A stretch of DNA of 61,565 nt, counting the filler, from Choristocarpus tenellus KU-1152 (Eukaryota; Protista; Phaeophyceae): assembly GCA_964200185.2 (NCBI GenBank). It is 13 parts of 13 records of this genome, joined end to end, with 100 filler letters (N's around TTAATTAATTAA, not from the genome) between each part and the next. Parts side by side here need not be neighbours in the genome. Positions count along the whole stretch, not along the records: positions 52,687 to 55,314 come from CAXNAD020026151.1; positions 55,415 to 58,545 come from CAXNAD020022107.1; positions 58,646 to 61,565 come from CAXNAD020023652.1; 10 more parts are not named here. One strand, written 5' to 3'. A model generated the notes under the pieces. The model saw only the letters and a list, made by a program, of their open reading frames with translations. It made no database searches and was not told where the DNA came from. Every line of letters starts with the position of its first letter. Position 1 is the stretch's first letter. The position numbers and the translations under genes are program-made. Below are positions 52,987 to 61,565 of this stretch, piece by piece.

Positions 52987-55314
52987 GGGTCAAAGTATCT
53001 GGGGGAGGGGTGCCGGCGTCCTTTTTTTACCCTCTTCGATTTTCACTTTTTGGTGTGATTTGGTCGCACGTGTCGGATATGAAATGTCAGCAAAAAAGAA
53101 GACTGTTGGTTAGGTTCCTTTCTGTCCTTGCACATGCAAGAGGTATGGAAATATATGCCACTATTTAATTGGGTTTGGTAAGGAGTTTCGATGTTTGCAT
53201 GTGTCAGATTTCGAGTCTGTTCAAACAGCTTTATTAGTTTATGTATGTTGGTCGTGCAGTTACGATGAAGAATAAGAGATATGGGTTAGGCTGTTCCAGG
53301 GCTGGATATTGGTTTATTTGGTTGCATGATTTGGTTAGCACATAAAGAGGACTGTCGGTTAGGGTGTGTTTTCCCACTTTTGGATGAGGAATTGAAAAAA
53401 AGAATATGGGCTGTTGCGAGGTTGTTTTTTTCGTTTATTTGCTTGCATGAGTCGTGTCTGGTGTGTACACAAAGAGGACTGTCAGTTTGGGCCTGTTCTC
53501 CCGGCGTGTGAACGAGGAACCAAACATACGTAGCCAAAGAATGTTAGAGGGTAGAGCGGTGTCCATTTGGGGGTCAAAATCCAATGTTGTGATTTTTATA
53601 TAATTTTGGCTATCGTATTTGTTACTAAGTGTCAATATCCTTGTTCCAGACACACCTTTTCATAACGTGTACATTTTACGTACTCCTAAACATTTTGGAG
53701 TAGGAAAATGTCATAAAAAAACGTGCGAAGCCAAGCACTAAAGGGACAAACAGGGAAAAACCCATACACTTGGACAAAGCAAGAGGTGGTCCATAGAGTA
53801 TTGAGAAGAAGGGGGGAGGTGCGTTATAGTGTACAAGGCATAAATTGCGGCTTTGAGAAGGACATGGTATTCATCGCAGTCCCTGGCGAATTGTTTGGAA
53901 AGGTTAGCTGAGCAGACAGAGAAGAGTTGTTTGATTGATGTATTATATTTTAATTGTCTAGACCTTGTAGCAGACACGTTATTTTAAACAGATAATAACA
54001 CAGATCTAATTCCTCAACGTGAGTATAATATATGATACGCTGACGACTCTGACTGGTAGCGGTGTATCCGATACCACTATCTAAAAGCATAACTCATGGA
54101 ATGGAAAGTGCATGAACATGGTAGTCGGATACCAAGGCAAGGTACACTGATGCATAAATCACCACAACCTGTAACTCTACCCGTACTTCAACAAAAAACT
54201 GAAACGACCGAAGTCCTATTTCAATTGGTGGGCGGACTCGAAATTGCATTCGTCCCCCTTCTCCCACCACTCTGTGAGCTTAGGGTATGCCTCGACAAGA
54301 AGGTGCCATAGATTTAGACGTGTGGAATATCTGGCGTTCCAAGGTTCGGGCGTCACGAGGCTCAAGAAGATAGCCTTCCTTGCCTGCAGCGCTTCCACAT
54401 GCTTGGGACGCAACGTGTTGCCTGGCTTCCCTCCACGATTGCCGAGTTTAACCTGTGTGGGCTCGTGGACGTAGCATTCGTCCCCGAAAACAATAGAAAC
54501 GGCCTCTTTACCGGCCCTGATGAGCCTGAACCCATGGTCGTATATGACTTGTGTGAGGATTTGAGTCTGCACTCGATACTGTGAAGAAGCAGGTTTCGTT
54601 GCCGATCACATGAGCTCGGCAACGCACGCCTCCATGAAGGCTTCGGTGATCCCCACATCGGATGCATCGCCAGAGTCAGCCGCGTACTGTGTGATGCGAT
54701 CCTCATCACCATGAGATGATCTTTTGTCGTCATTGTCGTACCTCGATGTAGATGAACACGGATTTACTGCGTATCTGCCCGTTTGGGCAGAAGCGAAGAT
54801 GTTGTCGAAGAATCCAGGTTCTAATGCACTGCCATGAGGACCACGAGGCTGTTTGAAGGGTCTCTTCTGTCCAGCACCTTCTCTCGCCCTGTTGTTCCTA
54901 ATCAGTGTCCTTTTTCCCTGTCCTTTGCCCTTCTCGGTAGGCTTGTCCCTCGGGGTTGGGGTATTATCGGCATGGACGCGGTTCTTACTTTGCCTCACAC
55001 TATGGTCGAATGTGTTCCCTGGCACTTGTGTCTCGTCGCTGCTGCTGCACACCGAATGGGCGTTCGGGGACATTCCGGGGTCACTCCGGACAGGCGTGGA
55101 CTCTGAGTCCTTGCCTAGCCACCCCCTCACATCCTCCTGTACAAGTTCCTCTGGACCTGAGGAATTGTGACAATCATATCGGTCCACATCGTCTTCAATG
55201 GATGTGACATAAGTTCGAACGATACATATTGAGTGTTTGTTGCATATGTGAGCAAGGAGTGCACGTGTTGTCGTTGTGGCCAGTGGCAAGCAGAGGCCGA
55301 ACTTTTTGAGTGGG
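52987..55314 (-). mobile_element. Long element D, copy 2: AAAGTATCT-type terminus plus decayed transposase-like ORF
   Basis: Begins with GGGTCAAAGTATCT and about 110 bp of family-C sequence, then continues into sequence shared with 50905-52481 and 58800-58970. Minus-strand ORFs 54606-55289 and 54216-54572 are in one frame, separated by a single TGA. Confidence 0.65.
53531..53768 (-). mobile_element. MITE family B, near-complete, nested in element D
   Basis: TAGCCAAAGAATGTTAGAGGGTAG end plus family-B internal sequence. Absent from D copy 1. Confidence 0.8.
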
Positions 55315-55519
55315 NNNNNNNNNNNNNNNNNNNNNNNNNNNNNNNNNNNNNNNNNNNNTTAATTAATTAANNNNNNNNNNNNNNNNNNNNNNNNNNNNNN
55401 NNNNNNNNNNNNNNAGTACTGAATCTGTGAAGCTGAAAGCACTGAACCAGCTACGCTTCCCCCCAACCCCCCCCCCCCCACTTGCACCTCAATGATCCCT
55501 GTGATACTTGTATGCAAAG

Positions 55520-55647
55520 ATGCGGAGGAGCTCACTGAAGATAGTATTGCGGCCTTTGTGGGGGCATGGGACGCAGGGGAGCTTGAAACCACTGAGTTTG
55601 ATATCCCATCACGACCAGAAGAGGGGGAAGATTTTGAAGCAGAGTAG
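55520..55647 (+). CDS. Terminal exon, possibly of a thioredoxin-fold/PDI-like protein
   Basis: After an AAG acceptor the frame reads AEELTEDSIAAFVGAWDAGELETTEFDIPSRPEEGEDFEAE*. This resembles the LTxESIxxFV..G.L end of PDI b' domains. Upstream exons would lie beyond the gap. Confidence 0.45.
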
Positions 55648-56483
55648 ATTGTGGTTGGGGGTGGGGGGGGGGCACCTTGCAATGCAGCAAAATGACTACA
55701 TAGTGCATATGCATTGGTGATGTTTTCTTTTTAGGTTTACAATTGTATGACTAGGTACAATCCAGTTGGCACAAATATAAGTGTAACTGTGTCAGTGCGA
55801 TGCTTTCCTGTGGCGTGGGTTAGGAGCTCTACCCTGTGGGCCTTGATATTAGATGCTGTAGACACGGCTGGATCCCAGATTTCACCCTGGAGTTTGTGGT
55901 TGGGAGGGAGGAGGACTGTTCTGTAAGACCAAGGAGGGTTGTAGATCAAATTGTCACCTCTTCAATATCAGTAGTGTGCACTGTTGTTTGGGTGAGTAAG
56001 GGACAGCAGAGTTGCTTCTGAATGTGGTACTCTTGATGATGTTGGAAGCAAGTAAGAAAGGCTTGTATAACAATGTTATTAGATTAAGATCCAAACCCAG
56101 CGTGATGATCTCATTTGGAAACAAGTCTTCTGTGTGTGGGTAAAGTGGTAACTGACTGGGATTCTCTGACACATTGAAGTAAAGGTGATGTGAGGAAAGG
56201 TTTCTACTCTTTCTCTTGCTTTGTTTGTCCGCCTCATTGTGTGTACTGATTGAGGAGCCCTAATGCGTAGAACATTAGAAGGGTTTGAGAAGTTACTGAG
56301 TGGGGCAGAAGTATGAACTAGAAAGAATATTGTATGTTGCTAACCCTAACCCTTAACACAGCAAGCCAGTATGGTAACCTGGAGAATATTGTAATGTGTA
56401 CACATTTCTTGGAGTCATCAGGTGTTTTCGCGTAGTAACATAGCATTTGTTTCGTTTCGAGTCCTCCGTTTTCGAAAAGATAC

Positions 56484-56677
56484 ACGATTGACGTGGATTA
56501 TAGGGGAGATCTAAAGGCATCCTTACCAATTATTGTTCCAAACATTTTACTATCCATAGAGGGATGTCTATCGCACAAATGATAGTTGGAAAATATGAAC
56601 AAGTAGATATGAAAGAAGTCAATTCCTTAGATCAAACATAAAGAGGATCTGAAGGCTTCGGTTCTATACGCTATTAA
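56484..56677 (+). pseudogene. dut: dUTPase C-terminal half, pseudogene
   Basis: TIDVDYRGDLK/ILTNYCSKHFTIHRGMSIAQMIVGKYEQVDMKEVNSLDQT*RGSEGFGS covers trimeric dUTPase motifs III, IV and V, with one frameshift (about 56517) and one internal stop (56639-56641). Confidence 0.85.
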
Positions 56678-58430
56678 ATTATATAATATACAAAGATTTT
56701 TCTTTATTTAGGTGTTAATATTAAAGAAGAAAAGATGCACCGAAATACTGTAACCATCTTCTTATCTATGTAGTATTTTGCTTCATCCTTAAATTTTAAT
56801 TTGAGTAATTTATTTAGAATCTACCACTTACACAATCTGTGCACACAATTCATTTCATCACTTTATTATCAAGTACGTGAACCTCTGTAGTAAGATCTTA
56901 TCTTCGTTTCTCCTAAACATGTTATTCATCTTCGACCACAGGTGGGCCAACCGCACTTAACCCTTACCTTGTTTTTGTTGCATCTCTCTCTTCGTACCTA
57001 CAAAGCGTTTTGAGTATTATGGCAACGTGCATCAAATAATTGTTGTGCGGCAATCACTCACCAGCAGTAGCTAATACTACGAGGTTCAAGGTAAGCACAA
57101 CTTCTAGCCACATACATGCAAAAGGTCTGAACCGGCCGAACGCAGCCAAAATTAAATCCTGCACCCAATTCCATCCGGTGAAGGTGCAATTATTCAAGTG
57201 ATGGTTGGAGATGGCTCCCAGACATTCCAGACTTGCCCAAACTCGAAGTTATGCGCTGTCTTCTTTTATCGTTCCCAGTACCAGGAAGAGTCCAAGGGTA
57301 GCCAGTTCTCCACATTTCGGCACGCTGCTAAATGACATTAAATGAGCTGAACACAACAGGAGATAGTAATAATGCGCAGCTTTCTTGTCTCCTGCACAAC
57401 ACCTATTTAAAGAGAGTCGATGCCACATACTACGCAACTGCTACCAAATAATGGAGAATCCCACTACATGATAGGGAGTGTGCGTGTGGATCCTCAATCC
57501 TCCCAGAAGCTACAAAGTATATGATCACCAACTGACGCTGTGGGACATCAAGTAGTGTACAAAAATGATATCCTATTCAAACAATGTTATTATCAAAACG
57601 CAATCTGAATGGTGTTGGCGGCCTTGCTCTTCATGTGTGTCTCCATTATTGTTACTACTATTAATCGCTTAAGGCAATATTAACCTCATGCCGCTACTGT
57701 GCTCTTGACCTTGCAGTAGTAATCTAAGGTGTTTGGTTGAATTATCGACACCAATACCTTGAGCACTTACTTGTCACTGCTACACAACCAGTATGTTGAG
57801 GCTCGGTGACTCTCACATCTTCTCCAGAGTCCTCCTCCACAAGTTGTTAATTCTGATCACAACCCGATGCTGCCGCCGCTGCTGCTGTCAGAGAATGTCT
57901 AGTACCAGTACCCTTATCCAGAGTGGCTGGATACGTAGAGCTGCTGCATTTCACGTGTCGATCCCCTGTTTAGGCATGCGCAAATTCCTATAGCTGTATA
58001 AATCTCATTGACAAAGTAGTTGCTGTGCAGAGTTGGCCAGATGAAATTGCCGTATGTCAATACTCCTGATATTACTCAAGTACAATGCGATTTAGACAAC
58101 CATACTGAGAAGAAATGCAAGAGGTCCCGCTGTGATAGGGACGTAGTTAGTCCTCACACTCAAATCAGAGCAGGGATCTAACCTACAGGGCCACTGCACA
58201 GTGCTCACAGTATGTGCTTGACGAAAGGGTACTACTGCAAATTATAATAACTGAAATCGTCTTGAAAGTATAATTGAAACACGCGCACGAAGCGCACGAC
58301 GCGCACGAAGTCCAGATGTTTGGGAGAAACTTGGAGGAGAGTGTGAAGGTCACATATACACAAAAGAATATATACCCATCAAAATCAACCTCCCGATTTT
58401 TGATATTATGATTCTCATTGGAATTGACAA

Positions 58431-58545
58431 GCCTCAAAGTATCTGGGGGGGGAGGGTGGCTGTCCGTTTGGGGTCAATTTTTTCATGTCGCGATTTTTGT
58501 GTGATTTGGTTGCATATGTTGGATGCATAATGTAGCTGCACTCTT
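58431..58545 (+). mobile_element. MITE family A, 5' part, truncated by gap
   Basis: GCCTCAAAGTATCTGGGG followed by family-A internal sequence. Confidence 0.85.
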
Positions 58546-58799
58546 NNNNNNNNNNNNNNNNNNNNNNNNNNNNNNNNNNNNNNNNNNNNTTAATTAATTA
58601 ANNNNNNNNNNNNNNNNNNNNNNNNNNNNNNNNNNNNNNNNNNNNGGCCAAACCTAACCCTAACTGGCAACCCTCTTTGGGTGCTAACAGAATCCCCCAG
58701 TCATACACAAAAAAAAGGAACAGCCTCCCAAGTACACCTATTCTTCTTCAGAATATAACTGCGCAACCAACACACAAATAAACAATAGACCTTTTTCAA

Positions 58800-59172
58800 C
58801 ATATAGTCGACATCTGACACATGCAAACGTACAAACTCCTCCCCCAATCAAAACCCGATTATCAAATGATAGCATAGATCCCCGTGTTATACCAACTACG
58901 CAAGGACAGAAACGAACCTAACCAACAGTCATTTTTTGCTGACATCTCAAATCCGACACGTGCGACTGGTCACTTTTTTTCGTGTGATTTGGTCGCACGT
59001 GTCGGACTTGAAATGTCAGCAAAAACAGAGTTGTTTGACCGAAACGGACGCCCCCTCACAAACCACTCCCTCCCCCAAGATACTTTGATTTGGCGAAATC
59101 ACACTGAAAAGGAAAAAACCGAAAGAGAGTGAAAAACGGACGCCGACACCCCCCCCTAAGATACTTTGGCCC
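58800..59172 (-). mobile_element. End of an element-D-type copy with a nested, inverted family-C fragment (about 58972-59091)
   Basis: Terminus AAGATACTTTGGCCC at 59172, a second AGATACTTT at 59078-59086, and inverted duplication of GTCGCACGTGTCGGA..GTCAGCAAAAA. Confidence 0.7.
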
Positions 59173-60077
59173 AGAAGCCAGACAACAGTGAACACACGTA
59201 CAAGACTGAACATCAAGTAGATACAAGTAAGTGTGGTAGTGCAAGCGGTTAAAGCTAGCGCAAGATGCACCAACCACGAGAGGTTTTGGGTGAGTGGCCG
59301 TGTGGTTGGTTCAAGCTCAATCCATTAGACAAAGAGTGGATACCTGTAATGTGAGCGTACAAGGTGTGATACTGCAAGTAGACATGCGACCCAAAACAGG
59401 AAGAGGGGAGAGTTAGAGCTGGTCCAACTTCTATGCTACAGGAAATTACAAAATATATATCAAAGTCTCACAGTGGTCTGCTGACTGCAAAGGGTCTGCA
59501 AAAACAGGACCTCGATTTGAATTACCAATTGGAGGCCTTACACTCCGTCACTAGACTCAGCCATTATTCAGAAGAGGCCTGAGATTACCCAAGGAAATAA
59601 TCAGATGCATGGTTGAAAGGAGAGCAGTGATCAGGAAGCTGCTTCAACACAACAACAATTACTCCTTGATTCACATAGACACCAACCCAAGATGTAGAGA
59701 TATATATTTGTGACAAATACAAAGACAATAAGGACCATTTGCAAGGCCTGTAAGGACGAAAAGTGATGATGTTTTGGACCCCAAGCTTGAGTTGCAGCGG
59801 AAGAGGAATTCTGACAGCAAGGTCATCAACATTAATGAGGTATGGAAGGGCCTTGAAGCAACACGAAGAAAAAATGCGGTAGTCAGTGGGCCTTGGTATC
59901 GAGACAAACCAATTAAAAGAGGTGGGCAGTTTTGAACCCTGTTGCATTCTAAGTCATATTTCTTGCCCTGTGCGATACACTCTAACTAATTTCTTCATGT
60001 ACACAATAGTGCACGCAAATTAATATGCCCTCTTTGCAAACAGAAAGTGACACCACAATTCAGCAAAAGCTATTTCG

Positions 60078-60337
60078 GAGCGAAAGTATCTTAGAGGGTA
60101 TGGGTTTTGTTCTGTTTGTCCGTTTCAGGCTTGGCTTCCCCTGCTTTTTAAAATGACATTTTCCTACTCCAAATGTTTCGGAGTAGGTAAAAATGTGTAC
60201 GTTATGAACAGGTGTGTCCGGAACAAGGACATTGACACTGTGTAATTTATATGATAGACAAAATTACATCAAAGTTACAACATTTGGAGTTTGGCCCCCT
60301 AATGGACGTGGCTCTACTTTCTAAGATGCTTTTGCTG
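60078..60337 (+). mobile_element. MITE family B, complete, diverged
   Basis: GAGCGAAAGTATCTTAGAGGGTA...TAAGATGCTTTTGCTG with flanks TCG/TCT. The paralogous empty site near 27360 has a single TCT. Confidence 0.85.
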
Positions 60338-60716
60338 TCTCCAATAATACAAAATTATATATTTTTTCCCTTTCTAAGGCATACTTAAAATATAACCCTG
60401 GCTAACTCTCAGTTGGTTTGACAAATCGCAATTTGGTATCCCCCAGTCATCGCTGAACGAGGACAAACAGAAAGGCTAGACAGGCAGCGCACTGGGTCAC
60501 CAACGGGCCTGGAGGCCCAAAGAGCCTCTACCAAATTCGAAGACTCTGTGCACGTGGATAAGAAATGGTTCTTCACTTGCAAAGATGGACAAAAATACTA
60601 CCTCTATGACGACGAGGGGTCTACTCCACACAAGGTGAAGCATAGAGACCACATCACCAAGGTGATGTTTTTCCAGGCTGTTTCTCACCCAAGGTTTGGT
60701 CACTCCACAAACCAGA

Positions 60717-60895
60717 GGCTCAAAGTATCTGGGGGGGGTGGCGGCTGTCCATTTGGGGTCAATGCTTTCATGTCGCGATTTTTGGGTGATTTGGTTGCAT
60801 ACATCGGATGGATAAATATAGGTGCCCTTTTCCTGCTTTTGGTCCAAATGGACACCCTGGCGTAGAACCCCCTCCCCCCACAGATACTTTGGGTC
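60717..60895 (+). mobile_element. MITE family A, complete
   Basis: GGCTCAAAGTATCT...AGATACTTTGGGTC with flanks CAGA/CGGA. Confidence 0.9.
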
Positions 60896-61204
60896 CGGAA
60901 TTTTAACAGAAATCTTGGCATCGTTCCGTTTGTGTATAAAGTCACAGCAAGGTACAACAAAATGTACAGACCTGTAGGGACAACACAGAAATATGTACAT
61001 GGTAGAAAGAGTACAAGAAAAAGTTGGCATATACTCTCCATCATCCATGCGAACACATGCGCCCCCATTCCAACTTGAAAGTGTCAAATTACATATATCA
61101 TCTGACCAGGCGCTCCAAACTTAGCAAACACTGCTCACAGGAGACCTTCCTTCTTGTAGAGCCCATTCACCCCATCCTTTAAAACTTGTGGCGCACATCA
61201 CTAT

Positions 61205-61350
61205 GATACCAACAATATTGTGAAAACACTCTAGGATAATCTCATCCTCATATAGTCCAAGCTTCAGGATTTCAGCTGGGAGGTCATCTGGTCCCATTGC
61301 CTTCCCGTTTTCTGTGGTCTGGATTGCTTCTGTCACTTTGATCAACATTC
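61205..61350 (-). mobile_element. LINE (RTE-like) ORF fragment, region just upstream of RT
   Basis: VTEAIQTTENGKAMGPDDLPAEILK matches the conserved GKAxGPDxIPxE motif. Confidence 0.7.
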
Positions 61351-61490
61351 GTGCATGATGAGTGAGTTGTTAGTGCGTCATAGGTCGAGGGGTTCGTCGC
61401 TATTGGGGTTGAGATTGACTGAATTAGTATTTCGGAACTCCTTAAAGTATCGCCCCCTTCGATCAGTTTTGAGTCCTTCGATTCTCAGGA

Positions 61491-61565
61491 GGGTAAAAGT
61501 ATCTGGGGGGGGTGTCAGCGCCCGTTTCTCACCCTTTTTTCGATTTTAACTTTTTTGGTGTGATT
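61491..61565 (+). mobile_element. Family C/D 'short' end, cut by window end
   Basis: GGGTAAAAGTATCTGGGG...TTTTTGGTGTGATT matches 52987-53060. Confidence 0.8.

Larger units (their letters stand above)
60000..61110 (+). pseudogene. DD39D (plant-type) mariner transposase pseudogene interrupted by MITEs B and A
   Basis: VHVDKKWFF..YYL..HITKVMFFQAVSHPRF..[MITE]..FNRNLGIVPFV..RPVGT matches the IHxDEKWF, KVMFLxAVARPR and GIWPFV motifs of DD39D mariners. Confidence 0.85.

Overview
This is eukaryotic, intron-rich DNA, most likely a stramenopile such as a brown alga or a relative; that is an inference from gene structure and protein families. It is not one continuous locus. It is 13 contigs joined by 12 identical artificial 100-nt spacers (N44-TTAATTAATTAA-N44). 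Host genes that splice cleanly with GT-AG introns and consistent phases are: a partial armadillo-repeat protein, a partial ankyrin-repeat protein, the 3' part of an ABC-F/Uup-like ATPase, a complete 9-exon PP2C phosphatase, a 3'-truncated AFG2/SPATA5-like CDC48-family AAA ATPase head-to-head with a complete UFD1-UBX fusion gene, and one terminal exon resembling a thioredoxin/PDI domain. Most of the rest is nested, decayed mobile DNA: DD39D mariner, IS630/Tc1, CRE-like and RTE-like retroelements, tandem arrays and a dUTPase relic. The most striking signal is a group of three MITE families (A, B, C), largely different internally, that share a bipartite end: an outer GNNNS-AAAGTATCT and an inner GTCC(A/G)TTT motif. 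They make 3-bp target-site duplications of variable sequence. They consistently pair a 'short' end (inner motif at about 31 bp) with a 'long' end (about 41-44 bp), roughly one helical turn apart, which resembles a 12/23 rule. A longer element with the same end carries a decayed ORF with motifs reminiscent of Transib/RAG1/Chapaev-type transposases.
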